Assembly: GCA_016213325.1 (NCBI GenBank)
Contig: JACRAY010000010.1
Span: 68,927-132,926 of the forward strand
Direction of reading: 5' to 3'
From: Burkholderiales bacterium
GTDB taxonomy: Bacteria > Pseudomonadota > Gammaproteobacteria > Burkholderiales > Burkholderiaceae_C
Length of the DNA: 64,000 nt
Numbering within the stretch: position 1 is the stretch's first letter; each line of letters starts with the position of its first letter. A program made the position numbers and the translations under genes. A model generated the notes under the pieces. The model saw only the letters and a program-made list of their open reading frames with translations, had not been told where the DNA came from and made no database searches. Positions 1 through 9,574 of this stretch are shown piece after piece.

Positions 1-272
1 CGGGCCAGCCGATCGGCATTGCAGACGTGGCTGAACTGTTGCTGCGCAATACAGCTCACCCGAAGCACAGGCTGCTGGCACTCGACTTCGGATTCGACCA
101 TGTCATGGGCTGCTGCACAGGCGGGCTTCTCGGCCATCGCCAGGTGACTGACGCCTGGCTGCTGGCCCTGGCGATCCGTCATCGAGTGAAACTGGTCACC
201 TTCGACAAGGGCATCGCGCAACTGCTGGCAACAACCCAGGAGAGGCAACGGCACTTGGCGATCCTCGGTTGA
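1..272 (+). CDS. PIN-domain (VapC-like) toxin, C-terminal part; the 5' end lies upstream of the window
   Basis: The frame is open from nt 3 with no stop. The tail ...TDAWLLALAIRHRVKLVTFDKGIAQLL looks like the usual C-terminal D-x-[WY]-L-x-A-L-A...L-V-T-F-D end of VapC/PIN toxins. The listed ORF 27..272 starts at an internal GTG. Confidence 0.55.
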   Translation, partial: GQPIGIADVAELLLRNTAHPKHRLLALDFGFDHVMGCCTGGLLGHRQVTDAWLLALAIRHRVKLVTFDKGIAQLLATTQERQRHLAILG

Positions 273-297
273 CCGGTGGGTAGCGGAACTGCCAACC

Positions 298-1818
298 CTA
301 GGAGGACCTGCGGAGTTTCGAGAGAAGGCCGGCGGTCGACGAGTCGAGCCCGGTGGTGTCGCCGCTGGCCAGGCGCGGCGCGATGTCCTGCGCCAGCACC
401 TTGCCCAGCTCCACCCCCCACTGGTCGAAACTGTTGATGCCCCACACGGCGCCGCTGGTGAACACGCGGTGCTCGTACAGCGCGATGAGGGCACCCAACG
501 AACGCGGCGTCAGCTCGTCGAGCAGCAGGAAGGTGCTGGGCCGGTTGCCGGTGAAGTTGCGGTGCCCGTCCGCGTCCGGCTTGCCCTGCATCAGCGCCTG
601 CGCCTGCGCCAGCGCATTGGCCAGCAGCAGCTCGTGGTGCTGCGCCAGGTCGTGCGCGGGCTTGCGCACCGCAATGAGTTCGACCGGGATGCGCTCCGGC
701 CCCTGGTGCAGCATCTGGAAGTAGGCATGCTGGCCGTTGGTACCCGGCTCGCCCCACACCACCGGCGACGTGTCGAACGCAAGCGGCTTCCCGTCGCTGT
801 CCACGCCCTTGCCGTTGCTCTCCATCTCCAGCTGCTGCAGGTAGGCGGGCAAGCGCTTCAACGCGCTGTGGTAGGGCGCGATGCTGCGGCTCGCAAAGCG
901 GTGGAAGTTGCGGTACCACACGTCCAGCAGGCCCAGCTGCATCGGCAGGTTGGACGCGAGCGGCGCTTCGCGGAAGTGCCGGTCCATGTCGTGCGCACCA
1001 GCGAGCAATTCACGGAAGTTGTGCTCGCCGATGGCAATGGCGACCGGCAGGCCGATGGCTGACCACATCGAATAGCGTCCGCCGACCCAGTCCCAGAACC
1101 CGAAGGTGGTGGTGATGCCCAGCTCCGCTGCGCCCTGCACGTTGGTGGTCAGCGCCGCGAAATGGCGCGCGATGTCGTCGCCGCCGTTCTGCACGAACCA
1201 CCGGTTGGCGGTGCGCGCATTGGTCATCGTCTCCAGCGTCGTGAAGGTCTTGGAAGCGATGAGGAACAGCGTGTTCTGCGGCTGCAGCCCCTGCAACACC
1301 GCATCGATCTCGTGGCCATCGACGTTGGAGACGAAGTGGAAGCGCTTGCCCGGCAGCCGGAACGCTTCGAGCGCCAGCACGGCCATCTGCGGGCCCAGGT
1401 CCGAGCCGCCGATGCCGATGTTGACGATGTCGGTGATGGCCGGGTCGGCGCGCACCTGCTCGGCATAGGCGAGCATGGCGTCGAGGGTGTCGTGGACCGC
1501 CAGCGAGTCGGGGTTGCCGGCGTGCCTGGGCGAGCGCAACAACCAGTGCTTCACCGCGCGGCCTTCGGTGTGGTTGATGGGTTCGCCCGCGAACATGGCG
1601 TCACGCCTCGCCTCGACGCCGCGCTCGGCGCACAGCGCGGCGAGCAGTGCGGTGGTGACGTTGTCCAGGAGGTTCTTCGACAGGTCCGCAAACACGTGCG
1701 GCGCCTGCAAGCTGAAGTTGTCGAAGCGCTGCGGGTCTTGCGCAAACGCCGTTCGCAAGTCGAAGCCGTGCGCAACGCCGTCGTAGTAACCCTGCAGCTC
1801 GTGCCAGGCGCGGCCCAT
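298..1818 (-). CDS. pgi: glucose-6-phosphate isomerase
   Basis: 506 aa with an ATG start. It reads as Pgi along its full length (...NIGIGGSDLGP..., ...GEPGTNGQHAYFQMLHQG..., ...INSFDQWGVELGK...). Confidence 0.95.
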   Translation of the reverse strand: MGRAWHELQGYYDGVAHGFDLRTAFAQDPQRFDNFSLQAPHVFADLSKNLLDNVTTALLAALCAERGVEARRDAMFAGEPINHTEGRAVKHWLLRSPRHAGNPDSLAVHDTLDAMLAYAEQVRADPAITDIVNIGIGGSDLGPQMAVLALEAFRLPGKRFHFVSNVDGHEIDAVLQGLQPQNTLFLIASKTFTTLETMTNARTANRWFVQNGGDDIARHFAALTTNVQGAAELGITTTFGFWDWVGGRYSMWSAIGLPVAIAIGEHNFRELLAGAHDMDRHFREAPLASNLPMQLGLLDVWYRNFHRFASRSIAPYHSALKRLPAYLQQLEMESNGKGVDSDGKPLAFDTSPVVWGEPGTNGQHAYFQMLHQGPERIPVELIAVRKPAHDLAQHHELLLANALAQAQALMQGKPDADGHRNFTGNRPSTFLLLDELTPRSLGALIALYEHRVFTSGAVWGINSFDQWGVELGKVLAQDIAPRLASGDTTGLDSSTAGLLSKLRRSS

Positions 1819-1821
1819 CGC

Positions 1822-2769
1822 TCAGGCCGCCTTCATCAGCTGCTCGAGCTTCACCGCGTCCGCGGCAAATGCGCGGATGCCTTCGGCCAGTTTCTCGGTG
1901 GCCATCGCATCCTCGTTCAGCGCATAGCGGAAGCCCGCTTCGTCGTAGCTCACGCGTTCCAGCTGCGCGCCCTGCGCTTCCTTCGCGTCGAGCGCGCGCT
2001 CCACCTTGCCGTCGCCCTGCGCCAGTTGCGCCAGCAGTTCCGGGCTGATGGTCAGCAGGTCGCAGCCCGCCAGTGCCAGGATCTGGCCGGTGTTGCGGAA
2101 GCTCGCACCCATCACCTCGGTGGCGATGCCGAAATGCTTGTAGTAACGCCAGACCTGCCGCACCGACTGCACGCCCGGATCGTTGGCGCCGGAGCGCGCG
2201 GCCTCGTCCCACGCCTCGCCCGCCTGCTTCTTGTACCAGTCGTAGATGCGGCCGACGAAGGGCGAGATGAGCTGCACCTTCGCGTCGCCGCAGGCCACCG
2301 CCTGGACAAACGAGAACAGCAGGGTCAGGTTGGTGTTGATGCCGCGGTGCTGCAGCCGCTCGGCCGCGCGGATGCCTTCCCACGTGGCGGCGACCTTGAT
2401 GAGGACCCGCTCCACGGGCACGCCTTCGGCCTGGTACATCTCGATGATGCGCTCGGCGCGGGTGAAGCTCGCGCTGGCGTCGAAGCTCAGGCGCGCATCG
2501 ACTTCCGTGGACACGCGGCCCGGGATGATGCCGAGGATTTCGGTGCCGAAGCGCACCAGCAGGCGGTCCATCACTTCGTCCAGCGGCGCGTTGCGATGCC
2601 GCGCCACCGTGTCTTCCAGGATGTGCGCGTAGTCGGGCTTCTGCACCGCCTTCAGGATGAGCGACGGGTTGGTGGTGGCGTCCTGCGGCTTGAATTGCGC
2701 GAGCTGCTTGAAGTCGCCCGTGTCGGCGACCACGGTGGTGAACTGGCGCAGCGCATCGAGTTGGTTCAT
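1822..2769 (-). CDS. tal: transaldolase
   Basis: 315 aa. The N-terminus [23 protein letters not shown]...[11 protein letters not shown] and ...[11 protein letters not shown]... are classic TalB-type motifs. Its stop lies 4 nt upstream of the pgi start. Confidence 0.95.
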   Translation of the reverse strand: MNQLDALRQFTTVVADTGDFKQLAQFKPQDATTNPSLILKAVQKPDYAHILEDTVARHRNAPLDEVMDRLLVRFGTEILGIIPGRVSTEVDARLSFDASASFTRAERIIEMYQAEGVPVERVLIKVAATWEGIRAAERLQHRGINTNLTLLFSFVQAVACGDAKVQLISPFVGRIYDWYKKQAGEAWDEAARSGANDPGVQSVRQVWRYYKHFGIATEVMGASFRNTGQILALAGCDLLTISPELLAQLAQGDGKVERALDAKEAQGAQLERVSYDEAGFRYALNEDAMATEKLAEGIRAFAADAVKLEQLMKAA

Positions 2770-2802
2770 CGCACCGATTATCGGACGCGATTCGCGGACG
2801 AG

Positions 2803-3855
2803 TTACGTAACCGCGACGACCGACACGCCATGGTCGGCCAGCTTCAGCCCCACGTCGGCGCCGATGTCGAGCAGGCGGCCGAGGTCGGACGACACGACGA
2901 ACACCGGGCCGAGTTCGGTGTCGAAGGTGTACTCGTAGTTGCTGCCGAGGTAGGCGCTCTTGGCCAGCCGGGCATTGAGCCCGTAGCCCGGCGGGCCGAC
3001 GTGCCAGGCCTCGGGCCGCACCGCCACCTTGACCGAGCCGGCCGGCACGCTCTGGCGCGACGCGAAGCGCAGTGGGCCCAGGCTCACGTTGCCGCCGGCA
3101 TCCACCTGGGCCGGGAACAGCATGGCTTCGCCCATGAAGCCGGCGACGAACTCGCTGGCCGGCGTCTCGTACAGCTCGTGCGGCGTGCCACGCTGGGCGA
3201 TGATGCCGTGGTCCATCACGATGATGTGGTCGCTGACCGCCAGCGCTTCGCTCTGGTCGTGCGTGACGTAGGCCACGGTGAGCTGCAGGCGCAGCTGCAG
3301 GGTGCGGATCTCGTCGCGCATCTCGCGGCGCAGGCGCGCGTCCAGGTTGGACAGCGGCTCGTCGAACAGCAGCACCGCCGGCTCCAGCACCAGCGCACGC
3401 GCCAGCGCCACGCGTTGCTGCTGGCCACCCGACAGTTCGCTGGGCAGCCGGTTGTCGAAGCCGACCAGCCCGACGTTGCGCAGCGCCTCGACGGCGCGCG
3501 CGCGCGCCTTGTCCTTCTGCTCGCCGGACATGCGCAGGCCGTACATCACGTTCTCTACCACGTCCATGTGCGGGAACAGTGCGTAGCTCTGGAACATCAT
3601 GCTCACGTTGCGCTGCGCCGGCCCCAGCGTGGTCACGTCGTCGCCGCCGATCAGCACCTGCCCCGAGGTCGGCGTCTCCAGCCCCGCGATCATGCGCAGC
3701 GTGGTGGTCTTGCCGCAGCCCGACGGCCCCAGGATGGTGGTGAGCGTGCCGCCCGGCACTTCGAAGCTGATGCTGTCGACGGCCGGCGCCGCCGACGGGT
3801 CGTCGCCATAGCGCTTGGAGACCTTGCGGAATTCGATGCCAGGCGGGTTCGCCAT
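2803..3855 (-). CDS. ABC transporter ATP-binding protein (FbpC/AfuC/PotA-like)
   Basis: 350 aa. Walker A GPSGCGKTT, signature LSGGQQQRVALARAL, Walker B LLFDEPLS, and a C-terminal TOBE-like tail. Confidence 0.9.
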   Translation of the reverse strand: MANPPGIEFRKVSKRYGDDPSAAPAVDSISFEVPGGTLTTILGPSGCGKTTTLRMIAGLETPTSGQVLIGGDDVTTLGPAQRNVSMMFQSYALFPHMDVVENVMYGLRMSGEQKDKARARAVEALRNVGLVGFDNRLPSELSGGQQQRVALARALVLEPAVLLFDEPLSNLDARLRREMRDEIRTLQLRLQLTVAYVTHDQSEALAVSDHIIVMDHGIIAQRGTPHELYETPASEFVAGFMGEAMLFPAQVDAGGNVSLGPLRFASRQSVPAGSVKVAVRPEAWHVGPPGYGLNARLAKSAYLGSNYEYTFDTELGPVFVVSSDLGRLLDIGADVGLKLADHGVSVVAVT

Positions 3856-3856
3856 C

Positions 3857-6070
3857 TCATGCCCTCGCTTCGTTCAATGCCACCGGCGGCGCGGCGGCCT
3901 TGCGGCGGCCCAGCCGCCGCTCGCCCACCAGCAACTGGATCAGCGCCGTGGCGCCGCTCATCAGGATGATGAGCACAGTGCAGTACGCCAGCGCCACGCC
4001 GTAATCGCCGTTGCCGACACGGCCGATGATGTAGGTGGTGGCCAGCTCGTTCTCGGCGGTCACCAGGAAGATCACCGCGCTGACCGTAGTGATGGCGCGC
4101 ACGAAGCTGTACACCAGCGCCGCCACCAGCGCCGGCTTCAAGAGTGGCAGCACCACGTAGCGCAGCGTCTGCATGCTGGAGGCGCGCAGCATCAGCGAAG
4201 CCTCGTCCAGCGACTTGTCGAGCTGCTTGAAGGCGGCGGTGCCTGCGCGCACGCCCACCGGCAGGTTACGGAACAGGAAGCACAGCACGATGATCAGCGC
4301 CGTGCCCGTCAGCTCGAACGGCGGCACGTTGAACGCCAGGATGTAGCTCACGCCCAGCACCGTGCCGGGAATGGCAAACGCCAGCAGCGCGGCGAACTCG
4401 AACAGGTTCTGCCCGCGGAACTCGGTGCGCGCCAGCAGCCAGGCCACCATCAGCCCGAGCGTGGCGGTGAGCGGTGCGGCGATGGCCGCGAGCTTGATCG
4501 TGGTGAAGAACGAGTTCCAGGCCGTGCCCGCCCACACCAGTCCGTACTCGCCCCAGTCGAGCGAGAAGGCGGTGCGGAAGTGCGCCAGCGTCAGCGTGTA
4601 GTCGCGGCCCCAGGTCTGCACGAAGCCGCCGGCAAAGGCGAACAGGTACACCACCAGCGTGAACGCCATCCACGGCAGCGCGACGCCGTTGACCAGCCGC
4701 CGCACGTTGCGCGGCAGCGGCATCGGCAGGCCCGAGTCGCCCTTGCCCGACACCGTGGTGTAGCTCTGGCGGCCCAGCACCCAGCGCTGCAGCGCGAACA
4801 CCGTAAGCGCGAACAGCGTGAGCAGCCACGCGAGCGAAGCGGCGCGCCCGGCGTCGTACTGCGCGCCGACGATGGCGAAGAAGATCTCGGTGGACAGCAC
4901 CGAGAACTGCCCGCCCACCACGATCGGGTTGCCGAAGTCGGCCATGCTCTCGATGAAGCCCACCAGGAACGCGTTGGCAAGCCCGGGCTTCAGCAGCGGC
5001 AGCGTGACCGTCATGAAGGTCTGCTGGTGCGACGCGCGCAGCGTCTGCGCGGCTTCTTCCAGGCTGGGCGCCACGCCCTGCACCACGCCGCGCATGATCA
5101 TGAAGGCGATCGGCGTGAAGGCGAAGGTCTGTGCCAGCCAGACGCCGAACCAGCCGTAGAACCAGCGCGTGGGCGTGATGCCGAACGCGTATTCGAGGAA
5201 CTGGTTGAACAGCCCCGCACGGCCGAACAGCAGGATCAGGCCCAGGCCCACCACGAACGGCGGCGTGATGATGGGCAGCATCGCGATGACGTTCAGCGCC
5301 CTCGAGTTGCGCCGCGACGAACGCTCGGCCATCAGCGCCATCAGCGTGCCGAGCAGCGTGGTGCTGGCCGCCGTCATGAGTCCGAGGAAGATGGTGTTCC
5401 AGGCCACGCCGCAGCGCGGCGCACCGTACAGGCAGCCCAGCCCGAAATTACGGTCGCTCGCGAGGCGTTCCCACAGCAGCCCGAGCGCCATGCGGCCGTC
5501 TTCGTCGAGGAAAGCGGCCGACAGCGCCTTCAGCACCGGGAACACGATGAAGAGCGCCAGCAGGCTGCCGCTGCCGATCACCGCAGCGGCCACGAACAGG
5601 TCGCCGCGGAAGAAGCCGAGCCGCGCGATGCCGAACGAGGCCAGCATCAGCAACGAAGCCAGCACCACGAAGCCGCCCCAGCCCACGCCGGGTTGCTTGG
5701 TGCCCAGTTCGCCGAAGATGCCGTTGAAGGCCTCGTAGGACCAGCCGCGCATGCCGATGGTGAAACCCGCGGCCATCAAGCCGGCCAGGCCGATGAGCCC
5801 GCCGGCCAGCAACACCCGGGCCTGCCGCCGCCCGGGCTGCATCGCCGCGGCCCCCGCGGCTATCGCGAGGCCCACGACTCCGAACCACAGCCAGGGCCGG
5901 CCGTACAGCAACGCATGCATCAGGCCGTTGCCGGCCGCTTCGTTGCTGAAGACCTGGTGCACGCGCAGCAGGCCGTTGGCATCCTGGATCGCGTACCAGG
6001 GCAGCAGCAGGTAACCCAACGCGCCGGTGGCGGCCCACGCCCACAGGGCGCGGTTGGCGGCTTGCTTCAC
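3857..6070 (-). CDS. ABC transporter permease, fused two-domain FbpB/AfuB type
   Basis: 737 aa, polytopic, with two BPD-type permease halves. The GTG start overlaps the stop of the upstream binding-protein gene (GTGA). Confidence 0.9.
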   Translation of the reverse strand: MKQAANRALWAWAATGALGYLLLPWYAIQDANGLLRVHQVFSNEAAGNGLMHALLYGRPWLWFGVVGLAIAAGAAAMQPGRRQARVLLAGGLIGLAGLMAAGFTIGMRGWSYEAFNGIFGELGTKQPGVGWGGFVVLASLLMLASFGIARLGFFRGDLFVAAAVIGSGSLLALFIVFPVLKALSAAFLDEDGRMALGLLWERLASDRNFGLGCLYGAPRCGVAWNTIFLGLMTAASTTLLGTLMALMAERSSRRNSRALNVIAMLPIITPPFVVGLGLILLFGRAGLFNQFLEYAFGITPTRWFYGWFGVWLAQTFAFTPIAFMIMRGVVQGVAPSLEEAAQTLRASHQQTFMTVTLPLLKPGLANAFLVGFIESMADFGNPIVVGGQFSVLSTEIFFAIVGAQYDAGRAASLAWLLTLFALTVFALQRWVLGRQSYTTVSGKGDSGLPMPLPRNVRRLVNGVALPWMAFTLVVYLFAFAGGFVQTWGRDYTLTLAHFRTAFSLDWGEYGLVWAGTAWNSFFTTIKLAAIAAPLTATLGLMVAWLLARTEFRGQNLFEFAALLAFAIPGTVLGVSYILAFNVPPFELTGTALIIVLCFLFRNLPVGVRAGTAAFKQLDKSLDEASLMLRASSMQTLRYVVLPLLKPALVAALVYSFVRAITTVSAVIFLVTAENELATTYIIGRVGNGDYGVALAYCTVLIILMSGATALIQLLVGERRLGRRKAAAPPVALNEARA

Positions 6071-7086
6071 TTGCCCAGGTTCAGGACTTCCTTTTCCCAG
6101 CGCGCGATGAGCCGCCGGCGTTCAGCGGACGCGCCGTACTTGGCGTAGTCGTAGTTGATCAGCTTGATCTTCGCCGGGTCGGTCATCCGCGGGTCCTTGG
6201 GCACCTTGGTGTTGGAAGGCAGCTGGAACTGCCTGGCCGCCAGCCCGAACTGCTGCCCGCCCGGCGTGAGCGCCCATTCGTAGAACTTCTTCGCCTCGGC
6301 CGGATTGGGGCCGCCCTTCACGATGCTCATGGAGCCGACCTCGGCGCCGGTGCCTTCGGACGGCGTGGCCGAGCCGACGGGGAAGCCAGTGACGGCTTCG
6401 GTGGTCACGTCGTGCACGAAGCTGATCGACACCGCCGTCTCGCCGCGCGCCGCCGCCTTCACCGGCGCGGTGCCCGAGCGCGTGTAGGTGCTGATGTTGG
6501 GATGCAGCTTCTTCATGTAGTCGAAGGCCTTCTCCTCGCCCATCAGCTGCACCAGCGTGGCGATCATGGTGTAGGCGGTGCCGCTGGAGGCGGGGTTGGC
6601 CATCTGCACGTCACCCTTGAACTCCGGCTTCAGCAGGTCGGCCCAGGAAGCGGGCGGCTGCACCTTTTTCTTGGCCAGCAGTTCCTTGTTGAAGCCGAAG
6701 CCCAGCGGGCCCAGGTAAACGCCGACCGTGCGGTACTTCGAGTCAGCGGCCTGCTTCTGCGCCCAGGGGTAGAGCTGGGCCAGCTGGTCCGACTTGTACT
6801 CAAGCGTCAGGCCCTGCTCGGCGGCCTGCAGGTGCGGGTCACCCGTGCCGCCGAACCAGATATCGGTCTTCGGATTGGCCTTCTCGGCGTTGAGCTGCGC
6901 CAGCGCCTCGCCCGAGCCCTTGCCCGTCATGTTGACCTTGGTGCCCGTGGTCTTGGAATAGACCGTTGCCATCAGGTTGCACCATTCGGCCTGCACCGAG
7001 CAGATGATGTTGACCTGGCCCTGGGCCTGGGCCCCTGCGCCTGCCAGCAACAGCAGCGCTGCAGCCCACGTGTTCTTGCTTGCCAT
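6067..7086 (-). CDS. periplasmic substrate-binding protein, FbpA/AfuA (family 1) type
   Basis: I place the start at the internal ATG (MASKNTWAAALLLLAGAGAQAQG, a signal peptide) preceded by GGAGGGG. The track ORF extends to 7119. Confidence 0.85.
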   Translation of the reverse strand: MASKNTWAAALLLLAGAGAQAQGQVNIICSVQAEWCNLMATVYSKTTGTKVNMTGKGSGEALAQLNAEKANPKTDIWFGGTGDPHLQAAEQGLTLEYKSDQLAQLYPWAQKQAADSKYRTVGVYLGPLGFGFNKELLAKKKVQPPASWADLLKPEFKGDVQMANPASSGTAYTMIATLVQLMGEEKAFDYMKKLHPNISTYTRSGTAPVKAAARGETAVSISFVHDVTTEAVTGFPVGSATPSEGTGAEVGSMSIVKGGPNPAEAKKFYEWALTPGGQQFGLAARQFQLPSNTKVPKDPRMTDPAKIKLINYDYAKYGASAERRRLIARWEKEVLNLGK

Positions 7087-7161
7087 TTCCTGCCCCTCCG
7101 GGTTGCTGAACTGGCCCAACGATAGCCTTGGTAACTCGGCAGCTCCATGGGGTAAATACCA

Positions 7162-7176
7162 TGAAACTAAGTTACA
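7162..7176. promoter_or_regulatory. candidate HexR operator (imperfect palindrome TGAAACTAAGTTACA)
   Basis: The palindrome lies in the 98 nt divergent region between the ABC-tal-pgi operon and zwf-hexR, 9 nt before the zwf ATG. It matches 12 of 15 positions of the HexR consensus as I remember it (TGTAATTAAATTACA-like). Confidence 0.35.
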
Positions 7177-7184
7177 TTACCGGC

Positions 7185-8642
7185 ATGAGTTTCGATCTGG
7201 TCCTGTTCGGCGGCACGGGCGACCTCGCATGGCGCAAGCTGATGCCCGCCCTGTTCCAGGCCTTCCGGCACGGCACGCTGCCCAAGGACGGCCGCATCGT
7301 CGGCGTGGCACGCGACGACCTCACCGACGATGCCTACCGCGCGCTGATCCACGAGCGCTTCGACCAGGTCGACCTGGCCAAGCGGCCGACGCCCGGGGAG
7401 TTCGAGCGCTTCGCTCAGCACCTGCACTTCCTGCGCATGGACCTGTCGAAGCCGCAGGACTTCCAGCGCCTGGCGCAGTGGCTCGGGCCGCGCAATGCCG
7501 ACGTGGTGGTGATGTACCTGGCGGTCGGCCCGTCGCTCTTCACCGTGGCTTGCGAACAACTCGCAGCCGCCGGCCTGAACCGCCCCAACACGCGGCTGGT
7601 GCTGGAAAAGCCGTTGGGCCACGACCTCGCGTCCAACCGCTCGATCAACGAAACCGTGCGGCGCGCCTTCAGCGAGCGGCAGATCTTCCGCATCGACCAC
7701 TACCTGGGCAAGCCGTCGGTGCAGAACCTGTTTGCGCTGCGCTTCGGCAATGCCCTCTTCGAGCCGCTGTGGCGGCGCGACACCATCTCGCACATCGAGA
7801 TCACCATCGCCGAGGACTTCGGCGTGGAAAAGCGCGGCACGTTCTATGACACCACCGGGGCGCTGCGCGACATGGTGCAGAACCACGCCCTGCAACTGCT
7901 GTGCGCGCTGGCGATGGAGCCGCCGATCAACGCGCATGCCGACGCGATCCGCGACGAGAAGCTGAAGGTGCTGCGTTCGCTGAAGCGCTGGACCCCGGCG
8001 GACCTGGCGCAGCATGCCGTGCGCGGGCAGTACGGCGCCGGCGTCGCCAACGGCGAGCAGGTGCCGGCCTACCGCGACGAGCCGGGGGTGGACCCGGCCA
8101 GCCGCACCGAGACCTTCGTGGCGCTGCGCGCAGAGATCGCCAACTGGCGCTGGGCCGGCGTGCCGTTCTACATCCGCACCGGCAAGCGGCTGGCGGCGCG
8201 CGATGCGCACATCGTGGTGAACTTCCGGCCCGCGCCCCACGCGATCTTCAATTCACCGCCCGGGACGGTGAACCGCCTCGTCATCGAACTGCAGCCGCGC
8301 GACGGCCTGCAGCTGCACCTGCTGGCGCAGGGCCAGGAGAACCGCCGCGCCACGCAAAACCTGGCGCCGGTGCACCTGGACCTGGACTTCGAGCACCGCT
8401 TCGGCTCGGAACGCGTGGGCGCGTACGAGCGGCTGCTGCTGGACGTGATCGACGGACGCCTGAACCTGTTCGTGCGCAGCGACGAGCAGGAGGAAGCGTG
8501 GCGCTGGGTCGAGCCGGTGCTCGAGCACTGGCAGGCCGAGGAGTCGAACGGGCCGCGGCCCTACGCCGCCGGCACCTGGGGGCCGAGCGCCGCCAGCGCG
8601 ATGATCGCGCGCGACGGCCACTCATGGAGCGAGGAACTGTAG
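7185..8642 (+). CDS. zwf: glucose-6-phosphate 1-dehydrogenase
   Basis: I chose the start MSFDLVLFGGTGDLAWRKLMPALF (NADP-binding GxxGDLA motif) and the protein contains ...RIDHYLGK.... The track ORF begins at an upstream TTG (7128), so the start is uncertain by up to 57 nt. Confidence 0.9.
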   Translation: MSFDLVLFGGTGDLAWRKLMPALFQAFRHGTLPKDGRIVGVARDDLTDDAYRALIHERFDQVDLAKRPTPGEFERFAQHLHFLRMDLSKPQDFQRLAQWLGPRNADVVVMYLAVGPSLFTVACEQLAAAGLNRPNTRLVLEKPLGHDLASNRSINETVRRAFSERQIFRIDHYLGKPSVQNLFALRFGNALFEPLWRRDTISHIEITIAEDFGVEKRGTFYDTTGALRDMVQNHALQLLCALAMEPPINAHADAIRDEKLKVLRSLKRWTPADLAQHAVRGQYGAGVANGEQVPAYRDEPGVDPASRTETFVALRAEIANWRWAGVPFYIRTGKRLAARDAHIVVNFRPAPHAIFNSPPGTVNRLVIELQPRDGLQLHLLAQGQENRRATQNLAPVHLDLDFEHRFGSERVGAYERLLLDVIDGRLNLFVRSDEQEEAWRWVEPVLEHWQAEESNGPRPYAAGTWGPSAASAMIARDGHSWSEEL

Positions 8643-8649
8643 CCCCGCC

Positions 8650-9498
8650 ATGCTCGACCGCATCAAGGCATCGCTGCCCTCGCTGGCACCCGCCGAGCAG
8701 CGGGTGGGCCGGCTCGTGCTGGCCGACCCGCGCGCCTTCGCCAACCTGCCGGTGAGCGAACTGTCCGACCGCGCGCACGTGAGCAAGCCGACGGTGGTGC
8801 GCTTCTGCCGCAGCATGGGCTACGACGGCCTGTCGGACTTCAAGCTCAAGCTCGCGGGCAGCGTGAGCGAGGGCGTGCCCTTCATCCACCGCAGCGTCGA
8901 CGCCGACGACAAGACCGGCGACGTGATGGTGAAGGTGATCGACAACGCGGTGGCGGCCTTCCTCAAGTACCGCAACGACGCCAGCACGTTCGCCATCGAG
9001 CGCGCCACCGAGGCGCTGGCCGCGAGCTGCCGCAGCGGGCGGCGCATCGACTTCTATGGCGCCGGCAACTCCGGCATCGTGGCGCTGGACGGCCAGCACA
9101 AGTTCTTCCGGCTCGGCGTGAACACCATCGCGCACAACGACGGCCACATGCAGGTGATGAGCGCCACGCTGCTGGGTCCCGGCGACTGCGCCGTGGTGAT
9201 CTCCAATTCGGGCCGCACGCGCGACCTGATGGATGCGTGCGACATCGCGCGCAAGAACGGCGCGACCTGCATCGTCATCACCGCCTCCGGCTCGCCGCTG
9301 GCGTCGGCCGGCCACATCCACCTGGCCGCCGACCACCCGGAAGGCTACGACCGCTACAGCCCGATGGTGTCGCGGCTGCTGCACCTGGTGATCATCGACG
9401 TGCTGGCGACAGCGGTGGCGCTGCGCATTGGCGGGGCGAAGCTGCAGCCGCTGTTGCGGGAGATGAAGAACAACCTTCGCAACAAGAGGTACGCGTGA
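8650..9498 (+). CDS. hexR: RpiR/HexR-family transcriptional regulator (HTH + SIS domain)
   Basis: 282 aa. MLDRIKASLPSL..AEQRVGRLVLADP.....VSELSDRAHVSKPTVVRFCRSMGYDGLSDFKLKLA is the RpiR HTH. A SIS domain follows (GAGNSGIVA). It lies immediately downstream of zwf. Confidence 0.85.
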   Translation: MLDRIKASLPSLAPAEQRVGRLVLADPRAFANLPVSELSDRAHVSKPTVVRFCRSMGYDGLSDFKLKLAGSVSEGVPFIHRSVDADDKTGDVMVKVIDNAVAAFLKYRNDASTFAIERATEALAASCRSGRRIDFYGAGNSGIVALDGQHKFFRLGVNTIAHNDGHMQVMSATLLGPGDCAVVISNSGRTRDLMDACDIARKNGATCIVITASGSPLASAGHIHLAADHPEGYDRYSPMVSRLLHLVIIDVLATAVALRIGGAKLQPLLREMKNNLRNKRYA

Positions 9499-9499
9499 T

Positions 9500-9574
9500 G
9501 GTGGGCAGCAAAGCTGCCCACCCTACGAGGATGGCCAGGACTCGCCCGTAGGGTGGGCAGCTCCGCTGCCCACC
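9500..9574. repeat. pair of inverted REP-like hairpins (GGTGGGCAGC-N3-GCTGCCCACC, each flanked by CGTAG/CTACG)
   Basis: Copy 1 is at 9500-9522 with CTACG following it. Copy 2 is at 9552-9574 with CGTAG preceding it. Together they form a BIME-like inverted pair between convergent hexR and the GNAT gene, and a related hairpin occurs at 61778-61816. Confidence 0.6.

Noticed and set aside
1162-3969. 935 aa plus-strand ORF spanning pgi, tal and the ABC ATPase region
   Set aside because: It is antisense to three genes with unmistakable family motifs. Its composition is dominated by Arg/Ala/Gly/His/Val with no recognisable domain. This is the classic shadow ORF of >65% GC DNA, where stop codons are rare on the opposite strand.
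9500-9574. Repeated hairpins considered as a possible mini-CRISPR or tRNA-like element (also 18635-18705 and 61736-61816)
   Set aside because: There are only one or two copies per site, in inverted rather than direct orientation, with no regular spacers, no cas genes and no cloverleaf. They fit REP/BIME elements.
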